NCBI GenBank assembly: GCA_023395595.1
Contig: JAEWYO010000070.1
Coordinates: 36,093 to 100,092 of the forward strand
DNA: 64,000 nucleotides
Direction of reading: 5' to 3'
From: Bacillota bacterium
GTDB taxonomy: Bacteria; Bacillota; Clostridia; Christensenellales; CAG-138
The notes under the pieces are model-generated. The model did not search any database and was not told the origin of the DNA. It saw nothing but the letters and a program-made list of their open reading frames with translations. Below, piece after piece: positions 43,278-52,229 of this stretch. A program made the translations under genes and the position numbers. Within the stretch, counting starts at the first letter, position 1, and each line of letters begins with the position of its first letter.

Positions 43278-44322
43278 TCAAACCAATGCAAACCCGCTCT
43301 TGAGCCTGCAGCACCTGCAAAAGTATTATCCCGTCACCGCCGGAACGTTCAAGAAGGTTGTGGGCTACGTTAAGGCGGTGGACGATGTTTCGCTCAACGT
43401 ATTCAAGGGCGAAACACTCGGCATCGTCGGCGAGTCCGGCTGCGGGAAGACGACGCTCGGCAAGTGCGTGGTGCGCCTGCATCAACCAACCGGCGGAAAG
43501 ATTTTGCTGCGTCAGGAAGACGGCGAGATGAAAGATTTGCTCGCGCTGAGCAAGGCGGAGAGCTTCTCGGCAAGAAAGCGCATCCAGATGGTGTTTCAAG
43601 ACCCCTATGCGTCGCTCAACCCCAGCATCAATATCTACAACGCGTTTGACGAGCCGATGCGCATCCACGGCCTTGGTAACAAGGCGCAGCGTCGGGAAAT
43701 TATCGCCAATATGCTTGAGACGGTGAATCTTCAGCCCGACTATATGTATCGCTTCCCGCACGAGTTCTCCGGCGGGCAGCGGCAGAGAATCTGCATCGCA
43801 AAAGCGCTTGCTATGGGACCTGAGATCATCGTTTGCGACGAACCGGTCTCCGCGCTGGATGTTTCGATTCAGGCGCAGATCATGAACCTCATGCGCGAAT
43901 TGCAAGCGCAATACAACCTGACGTACCTCTTCATTGCGCATGATCTTTCGGTGGTGCAGTATATGTCCGACCGGATCGCAGTGATGTATCTGGGCAAGGT
44001 GGTCGAGCTTGCCTCGGCGGACGAGCTTTGCGCGTGCAAGGCGCATCCATACAGCGAAGCGCTGCTCTCCGCGGTGCCGATCCCCGTGATTGGCGCGAAG
44101 AAGAACCGCATCATCCTCAAAGGCGACGTGCCGTCTCCGGTCAACCCGCCGTCGGGTTGCCGGTTTCATCCGCGCTGCCCGAAGGCAACGCCGCTGTGCG
44201 CAGAGAAGGAACCGCAGCTCCTGCCGATGCAGGGGAAAGCGGATCACCTCGTTGCGTGCCACTATGCGGGGTGTGACTGCGAAACGGAGATTCTGTGCAA
44301 CTGTGCGGATGAAAACGAATAA
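43270..44322 (+). CDS. ABC transporter ATP-binding protein (DppF/OppF type)
   Basis: Re-called start at ATG 43270 (MINQTNANPLLSLQHLQKYY), overlapping the upstream stop. Walker A is GESGCGKT and the signature is FSGGQRQR. Confidence 0.9.
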   Translation: MINQTNANPLLSLQHLQKYYPVTAGTFKKVVGYVKAVDDVSLNVFKGETLGIVGESGCGKTTLGKCVVRLHQPTGGKILLRQEDGEMKDLLALSKAESFSARKRIQMVFQDPYASLNPSINIYNAFDEPMRIHGLGNKAQRREIIANMLETVNLQPDYMYRFPHEFSGGQRQRICIAKALAMGPEIIVCDEPVSALDVSIQAQIMNLMRELQAQYNLTYLFIAHDLSVVQYMSDRIAVMYLGKVVELASADELCACKAHPYSEALLSAVPIPVIGAKKNRIILKGDVPSPVNPPSGCRFHPRCPKATPLCAEKEPQLLPMQGKADHLVACHYAGCDCETEILCNCADENE

Positions 44323-44365
44323 GCGTAGCACATACTGTGATTTCACGAGAAAAAGGAATAGGACG

Positions 44366-47113
44366 ATGGAATGGATCACTGAGGGGTTCGAAGGCTTTTC
44401 CACGGGAACCATGGAAAACGGCGGACAGAACCTCTATGTTTCAAAAAAAGGGATTTTGCAGCGTATCTTTCACTATGACGTGAACGCGGACGGGCACGCC
44501 GATCTGCTCTTTGCCTGTAGCCAGAGCATGTATGAGCGCCCGCCGCTCTATGTTTTTGAGCAACTGCCGCAGCAGAACGAACACCGCGAGCTGCCCTCCG
44601 GCGGCACGTATGACGGCGTGTTTGCAGATCTTTCCGGCAGCGGGTACGACGATCTCATCGTCGCTTGCCAGCATGACGGAACACACTCCGACGTGACCGC
44701 GTTTGTCTATTTTGGCGGCCCGGAAGGGCTCACAGAGCGCTATCGCATGGAGCTGCCCGCGCCGTCGAGCGTCGGCGTTGCGGTCGGGGACTTCAATGGC
44801 AACGGCAAAAAGGACATCGCGTTTCTTTCCAACGAGAAGCTGCGCGTGTTTGAGCAGGAGGAGCGCGGCTTTTGTCCGGCGAGTTTTACGGACTATCCAC
44901 TCAACGCAAAGGTGATCGTTGCCGCCGATCTCGACGGCGATGGTTATTGCGATCTGTATTTTAAGGACACGGAAGGCAAGACCGGCATCCTCTTTGGCAG
45001 CGCAAGCGGCTTTGAGGCATCCGGCATTGTCTGGATCAATCAGGACGCCGTACTCGTCAAAGAAGGCGAAGGAAGCACGACGGCGGGACAGATTCACGCC
45101 TATGTCCAGTGGCGTCCATGCGTCGTCACCATCGATCAAAAACAATATCTCTTCAGCCGTGAGAAAGATCAGGCCGTGTTTTATACCTGCGGACGAGACC
45201 GCAAAATACAGCGCGCCTTTGCGTTGGACTGCCCGGGCGCGGCGGCGGTTGTGTCCACCGATCTCACCAGAAACGGGTTTGACGATCTGGCGTTCGCGGT
45301 GTTTCAAGATCGCGATCAGGAACACGATTGTAAGGTCTACCTCGGCGGCAAAGAAGGCTTTTCGGAATCGCGCGTGACGCGGATTCCCGTCAAGGGCGCA
45401 ATCAATGTGACGGTTGCGGATTTGGGCACGCCGACGCTGATCATCTGCCGCAGCGGAGAGCGGATTGAGCGCGAAACGCTCTCGCCCGCGTTCCGTTTTG
45501 CGCCGGATGGAACGGCGCAGCAGGTGTTTTCGATTCCCGCCGGGGACTGTACGCGGATTCTCGCGGGCAGGCCGGGCGGCAGCGCAACGCACGACACCGT
45601 TGTTTCGCTCAACCATGAGCTCAACCGCGCGCAGGGCGGTGAGCAGGTGTTTGTCTATCTTGGCGGCGTGGACGGCTATTTGCCGGATCGCCGGCTGGAA
45701 TTCCCCGCGCATTCCGCAGTCGATGGTGCCATGTGCGATTTTTTCGACACGGGTCGGGTCGATGTGCTGGTTTGCAATTGCTTTGAGGACGCGCTGCATC
45801 TTGACGACGGATGCTATCTCTATCCGCAAAGTGAAACCGGCTTTTCCGGGCAGAAGAAGGTCGTGTTTCCGACGCTGCACTGCTCCGGCTCTGCGATTGG
45901 AGACTTTCGCAAATCCGGCTTTCTGGATATCGCGTTTGGTGGTTTTTGCAACCGCGAAATCCTGATTTTCCACGGTAGCGAGACGGGATATTCCGCCGAG
46001 AACTTCTCCCGCGTGGTATTGGGGCCGGACGACGGCACCTATCACCCGGACAAGTATGGCGAAGGGCAGGACGTTTACATGAGCGTCCCGCCGGATGAGC
46101 GCGCGGTGACCACGGAGTTTGGCCAGGTGCGCTGGATGCTCTCGGCAGACTTCAACTGCGACGGCTGGCCGGATCTGTTTATCTCGGAGATCACTGGCCC
46201 GCGCTGCTTCATCCTCTGGGGCGGGCCGGAAGGCTTTTCCACCAAGCGGATGACAACGCTGCTCACCGATGGGGTCGCATCTGCAAACGTGGCAGATCTC
46301 AACGGCAACGGTTGGCCGGATCTGATCCTAGCAAGCCACCAGTCCACGAAGAAGAATGTAAAGTATGAATCGTATGTGACCGTCTATTGGGGTGGGCCGG
46401 ACGGCTATCAGGAGAACCGCAGAATGCAACTGCCCGTCTCCTGCGCAAACGCCGTCACCGTTGGCGACTACAACGGAAACGGCAGCCTCGACATCTACGC
46501 GACTTCCTACAACAACGGCAGAACGAGGGATTTGCTCTCATACCTCTACAAAGGCGACCACGGTAACTATAGCATCAGGAATGTGCAGTATCTATTCAAT
46601 CACTCCGGCTCCGGCTGCGTCTCCGGCGATTTCAACGGGGACGGATACACCGACCTTGCCGTCGCCTGCCACAAGGAATACGGCAACCACTGCTCGCATT
46701 CCTTCATCTACTGGGGTGGACCAGACGGGCTATCGGAAGATCGAAAGACGATCTTGCCGACGGTTGGCCCGCACGGGATGTCCTCGGTCGATCCGGGCAA
46801 TATCCTCGATCGCGGAGACCGGGAGCGCTACACGTCCGAAGTCAAGCACCTACCGGAAGGCAGTGTGCTGTGCGCGATTGCCTGGGAAGGGGTTTGCACC
46901 TCGACCAGCTGGGTGGAACTTTCGGTACGCGCGGCGGACAGCGAAGAAGCGATTCTTGCAAGCGACTGGCAGCGCGTGGAGAACGGAGAAGACCTGACGC
47001 AGCGCAACCTGGGCGGCGTCGTGCAATATCAAATCGCGCTGTGCGCAAAATGCGCCTGCGGAACGCCGCGGATCGAGCGGGTTCGAGTCACGTATGAACG
47101 GAGGAATATTTAA
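44366..47113 (+). CDS. 915-aa cytoplasmic FG-GAP/VCBS-repeat (beta-propeller) protein of unknown function
   Basis: Re-called start at ATG 44366 (MEWITEGFEGF); there is no signal peptide. About 10-14 repeats carry Ca-binding-like DxNGDGxxD loops, for example DFNGNGKKDIAF, DLDGDGYCDLYF, DLNGNGWPDLIL, DYNGNGSLDIYA and DFNGDGYTDLAV. Recurring GGPEG(F/L)/GGPDG(Y/L) turns are also present. Confidence 0.7.
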   Translation: MEWITEGFEGFSTGTMENGGQNLYVSKKGILQRIFHYDVNADGHADLLFACSQSMYERPPLYVFEQLPQQNEHRELPSGGTYDGVFADLSGSGYDDLIVACQHDGTHSDVTAFVYFGGPEGLTERYRMELPAPSSVGVAVGDFNGNGKKDIAFLSNEKLRVFEQEERGFCPASFTDYPLNAKVIVAADLDGDGYCDLYFKDTEGKTGILFGSASGFEASGIVWINQDAVLVKEGEGSTTAGQIHAYVQWRPCVVTIDQKQYLFSREKDQAVFYTCGRDRKIQRAFALDCPGAAAVVSTDLTRNGFDDLAFAVFQDRDQEHDCKVYLGGKEGFSESRVTRIPVKGAINVTVADLGTPTLIICRSGERIERETLSPAFRFAPDGTAQQVFSIPAGDCTRILAGRPGGSATHDTVVSLNHELNRAQGGEQVFVYLGGVDGYLPDRRLEFPAHSAVDGAMCDFFDTGRVDVLVCNCFEDALHLDDGCYLYPQSETGFSGQKKVVFPTLHCSGSAIGDFRKSGFLDIAFGGFCNREILIFHGSETGYSAENFSRVVLGPDDGTYHPDKYGEGQDVYMSVPPDERAVTTEFGQVRWMLSADFNCDGWPDLFISEITGPRCFILWGGPEGFSTKRMTTLLTDGVASANVADLNGNGWPDLILASHQSTKKNVKYESYVTVYWGGPDGYQENRRMQLPVSCANAVTVGDYNGNGSLDIYATSYNNGRTRDLLSYLYKGDHGNYSIRNVQYLFNHSGSGCVSGDFNGDGYTDLAVACHKEYGNHCSHSFIYWGGPDGLSEDRKTILPTVGPHGMSSVDPGNILDRGDRERYTSEVKHLPEGSVLCAIAWEGVCTSTSWVELSVRAADSEEAILASDWQRVENGEDLTQRNLGGVVQYQIALCAKCACGTPRIERVRVTYERRNI

Positions 47114-47114
47114 T

Positions 47115-47993
47115 ATGAAACTCGGTTTTTTTCCGGCGCTGGGTACGCCGCTGGACACAGACGGTAATTTACTCAAACAGAGCTTTACGAAGCAAATTGA
47201 GCACCAGATGCTAGCCGGGGCTTCCGGCCTTCTGGTGATGGGTTCGATGGGCATCGAGCCGTATATTCGCAACAGCGTCTACCCGAGCGTCGCGCGCTGC
47301 GGCGTGGAGGCGGCAAAAGGGCAAGCGCCCGTGCTGGTCGGCGTGATGGACACCTGCATCAGCCGCGTACTGGATCGCGTGGATGCGCTCAAGGATCTAC
47401 CCATCGACGGCGTGGTCTCCACCGTGCCGTATTACAACGCGATGAACCAAGCGCAAGTAATCAAGTTTTATACCGCGCTGGCGGACAGCAGTAAGTTCCC
47501 GGTCTATCTGTACGACCTCGCGGTGGTGACCAAGACGCGCACCATGCCGGAGACGGTGATGAAGCTCTGGAAACACCCGAACATTCGCGGCATCAAGACG
47601 GGAAATCTCGTGACCGCGCGATTGCTGCTCAACAGCCCGGAGAAACCGGAAGGGTTTGACGTGGTCTATAGCGATCTGGATACGTTCGACGTGGCGTATC
47701 AATACGGGATTGATAAAAACCTAGACGGCATGTTCGCCTGCACGCCAAAGACGGTGAAGAAGATGTACACAGCTCTCAGCGCACAGCGTTTTTCGGAAGC
47801 GAGCGCATGTCTGGACGCAATCGTCAATCTTCGCGACCTGTTTGTGGAGAGCGGCAGCGTGCTCGGCGCGTTTACCTACGCGATGAACGACCTTGGATAC
47901 GAAGGTTCGTTCCATATGGACTACGAAACCTTGCCTGCGGCAATCTACCACGAGAGAGTAACAGCGTTTTTGAAACAGATGGGCGAGCTGTAA
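47115..47993 (+). CDS. DapA/NanA-family class I aldolase (N-acetylneuraminate lyase-like)
   Basis: GGAGGAA RBS followed by ATG 47115, one nt after the upstream stop. SGLLVMGSMGIEPY and NIRGIKTGN (candidate Schiff-base Lys) fit the dihydrodipicolinate synthase / sialate lyase fold. Confidence 0.7.
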   Translation: MKLGFFPALGTPLDTDGNLLKQSFTKQIEHQMLAGASGLLVMGSMGIEPYIRNSVYPSVARCGVEAAKGQAPVLVGVMDTCISRVLDRVDALKDLPIDGVVSTVPYYNAMNQAQVIKFYTALADSSKFPVYLYDLAVVTKTRTMPETVMKLWKHPNIRGIKTGNLVTARLLLNSPEKPEGFDVVYSDLDTFDVAYQYGIDKNLDGMFACTPKTVKKMYTALSAQRFSEASACLDAIVNLRDLFVESGSVLGAFTYAMNDLGYEGSFHMDYETLPAAIYHERVTAFLKQMGEL

Positions 47994-48017
47994 CCAGACC
48001 CGCTTGAAAGGATAGCT

Positions 48018-48485
48018 ATGATTCTTGACACACTCGATCACGCGGTACTGTACGCGCCGCTTTCCAACGGTCTGAAGGAAGCGTTTCTCGCGCTGGAATC
48101 CGTTCAGACGCAGCCGTATGTCACCGGCAGGCTTGACGTCGTTCCCGAAAGCCTGTTTCTGTTGAAAAACGCCTATAGCCCGAAGCCCTATGGCGCGGAA
48201 AGCCTGCTGGAAGCGCATCAGGAATACATCGACGTGATGTACATGGTGGAAGGTGAAGAGCTGATCTACGTCAAACCCACCGCGCGGCTCCGGCATGTGG
48301 AGAAACCGTATGATCCGGCGATCGATGCGCTGCTGACCCCGCCGGAAGGCGACGAGACCGCGGTGCATCTCACACAAGGACAGTTTCTCGTGCTGTTTCC
48401 GCAGGACGCGCATTGTCCGGCAAACCGCATCAGCGGATGCGACGCGGTCAAGAAAATCATTTGCAAAGTACGAGTGGCGTGGTAA
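48018..48485 (+). CDS. YhcH/YjgK/YiaL (DUF386) family protein
   Basis: 155 aa. EAHQEYIDVMYMVEGEELIYV and VLFPQDAHCP are typical of this cupin-like family, which is commonly linked to sialic-acid loci. Confidence 0.75.
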   Translation: MILDTLDHAVLYAPLSNGLKEAFLALESVQTQPYVTGRLDVVPESLFLLKNAYSPKPYGAESLLEAHQEYIDVMYMVEGEELIYVKPTARLRHVEKPYDPAIDALLTPPEGDETAVHLTQGQFLVLFPQDAHCPANRISGCDAVKKIICKVRVAW

Positions 48486-48528
48486 AAGACACCGCGCAAT
48501 CGCGACTGACACGAGAGAGGGATTATTG

Positions 48529-49461
48529 ATGATATCCTGCACAGAGTTTATTCCGGCCTATAGCGCGCTCTTCACGTTTCTGGAAAACAGCTATGGCGTA
48601 CAAGAGGTGCATCGCTTCTGGGAAGACCTGTTCGACCCGAAGAAAAACGGGCCCACCCACTTGCTGGAGGAAGAACTCAGCAAGAACGGCATCACCGGCT
48701 GCTGGAACTACTGGACGCACACGCTCAACGAAGAGGCGGCGGATTTTGACCTGTATCTCGACGAGGAGAACGGCTGGTATCTTTGCCGGATGCGCCATTG
48801 CCCGTCCAAAGGGCGGCTGCTTGCGATACCACATATCACGCCATATCACGACTATTGCAGCCATTGCGACCTCTATCGCCGGACAGTGGAGCAATACGGA
48901 CTCGAATACGTATACAACTTTACGGGGTGCAGCGAAGCTTCCTGCGAACTGCTGATCTATGACCCCAAGAAGTTTCAGGGCACGCTCAAGGTTTCGCCAA
49001 AGACGCGCGTGATGAAACGCAATGCGAGCGACAACCGCTATTTTCACAAGGACTTTCATCTTTCGTTAAACGCTGGCGTAGAGTATCTGGGCACGCGTTT
49101 TGGCACAGAGGCGGTTGAGCGTTTTTTGCAAGAGTATGCGTTTGCCTACTATGCGCCTTTGATCAAACGGATCAAGAGCGATGGTATCGCGCCGCTGGAA
49201 GAATACCTGATCTCCACTTATGCGGCGGAAGAAGCGGTAGACGAGATCACCGTCATTCGCGAGGGCGAAGGTTTGCGCGCGCTCGTACGCGAATGCCCCG
49301 CTGTGCGGCATATCCGCACAAGCGGTAGAGACGTATCCCGCTGGTATCGCCTTACGACTCAAACCGTCATGGGAACGATTGCGTTGGCGTCCGGATTTCA
49401 ATTTACGATGCTGGCGTATGATGAACAAACTGGTCGCGCGGAATACACTTTTTCAAAATAG
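48529..49461 (+). CDS. hypothetical protein with an internally duplicated domain of about 150 aa; N-terminal copy Cys-rich
   Basis: GAGAGAGGGA RBS followed by ATG 48529. The N-half carries CRMRHCPSKG, YCSHCDLY and GCSEASCELL. The C-half keeps only RECPAVRHI. I recognise no family with confidence. Confidence 0.5.
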   Translation: MISCTEFIPAYSALFTFLENSYGVQEVHRFWEDLFDPKKNGPTHLLEEELSKNGITGCWNYWTHTLNEEAADFDLYLDEENGWYLCRMRHCPSKGRLLAIPHITPYHDYCSHCDLYRRTVEQYGLEYVYNFTGCSEASCELLIYDPKKFQGTLKVSPKTRVMKRNASDNRYFHKDFHLSLNAGVEYLGTRFGTEAVERFLQEYAFAYYAPLIKRIKSDGIAPLEEYLISTYAAEEAVDEITVIREGEGLRALVRECPAVRHIRTSGRDVSRWYRLTTQTVMGTIALASGFQFTMLAYDEQTGRAEYTFSK

Positions 49462-49509
49462 GGAAAGACAATCTGCGGGCAGCAACGCCCGCAAATGAGG
49501 GCGGATACA

Positions 49510-50973
49510 ATGGCGTATTTTCTGGCGATTGATTTGGGCACAACCGGCTGCCGTAGCATGGTGTTTGACGATGCGCTGCGCCTTTTTGGCTCGGACTATA
49601 TCGAATACGGCCTGATCACGCCGAAACCAAACTGGTATGAACAGGACGCCAACCTTTGGTGGAACATCGCCTGCCAAACGATGAAAGCCGCGATCGCCGC
49701 ATCCGGCATATCCGGCAACGAGATCGCCTCGCTGAGCGTGAGTTCACAGGGCATCAGCATCGTTCCCGTGGATCGCGCTTGGCAGCCACTTCGAAATGCG
49801 CTGAGCTGGATGGACACCCGTGCGGAGGAAGAGGAACAGCGTCTGATCGCCGAGTTAGGTCAGGAGGAGACGTTTTCACGCACCGGAAAGCGCATCGCCG
49901 CAACCTACACGCTGCCAAAGCTGCTTTGGTTGCAGCAAAACGAACCGGATGTGTTTGCAAAAGCGGATTATTTTCTGATGCCACTGGATTTTTTAACGGC
50001 GAAGTTGACAGGACGCGCTGTAACGGACCCTTCTATGGCATCCGGCACGCTGTTTTACGATATGCGAGCAGGTTGTTGGCACAGACCGACGCTGGCGCGA
50101 TATGGAATCAACGAAAGCAAACTCGCGCGTATTTTGCCAAGCGGGAGCGTCGCGGGAACGGTCTTGCCGGAGGTTGCCGCGCTATTGGGGCTATTGAGCG
50201 ATTGCCTTGTCTGCGTCGGCGCGCAGGATCAGCGCTGCGCTTCGCTCGGCGCGGGACTTTCGCCCGGGGTGGTGACGGTTTCATTGGGCACGGCGGCGGC
50301 GGTCTGCAAGCTCTGTGCGCGCTTTGCGCCGGAGGACGGCATGCATGTCGGCTGGTCGCCGTACGTGTTCGCCGGAGAATGGGTGAGCGAGAGCGTGGCA
50401 GGTGCGGCGGGCGCAAGCTTGCGCTGGCTGCGAGATAGCATCTATCAAGAAATGACCTATGACACGATCAATTGCGAGGCAGAGATTGCGCGTGAAAGAG
50501 GCAGCGAAGTTGCGTTTTTACCGTATCTTTGCGGGCCGGGGTTTCCGCGCTTTGATCCTGCATCGACAGGGTGTTTCCACAAAATAACGATGGCGACACA
50601 GCGCGGAGACCTTGCACTTGCTGTCATGCGCGGAGTCGTTTTCCAGATCCGTGAAATATTAGAATCGATGGACGCAAATGCCGAGACGAAACGATTGGTA
50701 CTCTTCGGCGGCGGAGTGAAGAGCACGCTTTGGCGGCAATTATTTGCGGACGGTCTTAACATGCCGGTCTACATTCCGAGCGAAGCAGAAACCGCAGGAA
50801 TCGGAGCTGCCATTCTGGCTGGATTGGGTGCTGGTCGGTTCCAAAAGGAAAATCTACCTCAGATTCGCTTTTCAGGCGTGAGCATGCCGTCGGAAAAAGC
50901 CAAGGAAGAAAACGAACACTACATGAAGTTTCGCGCACTGGAGCAAGTTCTGCAATCCGGCTACGATTCATAA
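49510..50973 (+). CDS. FGGY-family carbohydrate kinase (xylulokinase-like)
   Basis: GAGGG RBS followed by ATG 49510 (MAYFLAIDLGTTGCRS). The C-terminal motif is FGGGVKSTLWRQLFADGLNMPV. Confidence 0.85.
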   Translation: MAYFLAIDLGTTGCRSMVFDDALRLFGSDYIEYGLITPKPNWYEQDANLWWNIACQTMKAAIAASGISGNEIASLSVSSQGISIVPVDRAWQPLRNALSWMDTRAEEEEQRLIAELGQEETFSRTGKRIAATYTLPKLLWLQQNEPDVFAKADYFLMPLDFLTAKLTGRAVTDPSMASGTLFYDMRAGCWHRPTLARYGINESKLARILPSGSVAGTVLPEVAALLGLLSDCLVCVGAQDQRCASLGAGLSPGVVTVSLGTAAAVCKLCARFAPEDGMHVGWSPYVFAGEWVSESVAGAAGASLRWLRDSIYQEMTYDTINCEAEIARERGSEVAFLPYLCGPGFPRFDPASTGCFHKITMATQRGDLALAVMRGVVFQIREILESMDANAETKRLVLFGGGVKSTLWRQLFADGLNMPVYIPSEAETAGIGAAILAGLGAGRFQKENLPQIRFSGVSMPSEKAKEENEHYMKFRALEQVLQSGYDS

Positions 50974-51031
50974 AGCCATAGACAGATTCAATCTGCGCAA
51001 GAGTAGATCAAACAGCATATGAGGTAGGCAC

Positions 51032-52195
51032 ATGAACGCCATCATCCACGCAAATCTGGTTCTGGAAGACGAAATTCTGTTCGACGGAGCAATCCTGTTT
51101 GACAACGGGAGCATCGTCTCATTTGGCGCGACGGAAACGCTGGAGATTCCCGGCGGCATCGAGAAGATGGATGCCTGCGGGAAATACGTCGGCCCGGGGT
51201 TTGTAGACATCCACTGCCACGGCGGCAACGGATTCCTGTTTGACAACGACCCGGAGCAGGCGGCGGCGCATTTTCTCTCGCACGGGGAAACCACGGTGCT
51301 TGCGACGCTCTATTACAACCTTTCCTATGATGAAATGCTGGCGGCAATCCGGCGCGTGCAAGAGGCGATGCAAAAACCGGGAGCAGCGCGCGCCATCGGC
51401 GGCATCTATATGGAAGGCCCCTATATGAACCCGAAATACGGCGCGTCGCCGGAGAAGAACCGGTGGCGCGGGCCGATCGATTTCGCCCAAGCGGATGCGT
51501 TAATACAGTCAGCGGGAGAGGACGTATTGGTCTGGGCGATTGCACCGGAGAGGGATGGCGTGTCTTCGTTTGTGGCCGCCGCGAAAGCCGCAAATAAAAG
51601 CGTGCGGTTTGCTGTTGGTCACAGCGAGGCTACGCCGGCACAGATCGCGGCGCTCAAGCAATACGACTTGATCATTCAAACACACTGCACCAACGCAACG
51701 GGTGCACCTTGCGCGGTCGGCGGTACACGTGCCTGCGGGCCGGATGAAGCGTGCTTTTATGACCCGGATATATATGCGGAGGTCATCTGTGATTCCTGCG
51801 GGATTCATGTGCATCCCGATATGCTGCGCTTGATTCACCGGATCAAAGGCGATGACCGGGTGGTGTTAATTACCGATAGTTTCGTCTCCAGCGAACAACC
51901 ACCGGAGAACCTGAAGCACATTACGGATCTACATTTTGACGCAAGCGGCGGGCTCTGCGGCAGTAAACTCACGCTGGACGTCGCCTGCCGCAACATGATG
52001 CGGCATACGGGAATCGGCATTTGTCAGGCGTTCCGGTTTGCGAGCCTGAACCCCGCGCGTGCGGTTGGGCTGGACGCAGACGTTGGCAGCATCGTCATCG
52101 GCAAAAAAGCCAATCTTGTGCTTGTGGACGACGACATGCGCCTGCACGGCGTATGGATGGAAGGGAAATGGATGGGCGCACGGCAGACAGAGTAA
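51032..52195 (+). CDS. nagA: N-acetylglucosamine-6-phosphate deacetylase-like amidohydrolase
   Basis: 387 aa. PGFVDIHCHGG, YMEGPYMNP, VGHSEAT and the QTHCTNA motifs correspond to the NagA metal and substrate motifs. Confidence 0.75.
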   Translation: MNAIIHANLVLEDEILFDGAILFDNGSIVSFGATETLEIPGGIEKMDACGKYVGPGFVDIHCHGGNGFLFDNDPEQAAAHFLSHGETTVLATLYYNLSYDEMLAAIRRVQEAMQKPGAARAIGGIYMEGPYMNPKYGASPEKNRWRGPIDFAQADALIQSAGEDVLVWAIAPERDGVSSFVAAAKAANKSVRFAVGHSEATPAQIAALKQYDLIIQTHCTNATGAPCAVGGTRACGPDEACFYDPDIYAEVICDSCGIHVHPDMLRLIHRIKGDDRVVLITDSFVSSEQPPENLKHITDLHFDASGGLCGSKLTLDVACRNMMRHTGIGICQAFRFASLNPARAVGLDADVGSIVIGKKANLVLVDDDMRLHGVWMEGKWMGARQTE

Positions 52196-52229
52196 AACCC
52201 GTGCGTTTGGAAAGGGATAAAGGAAGATC

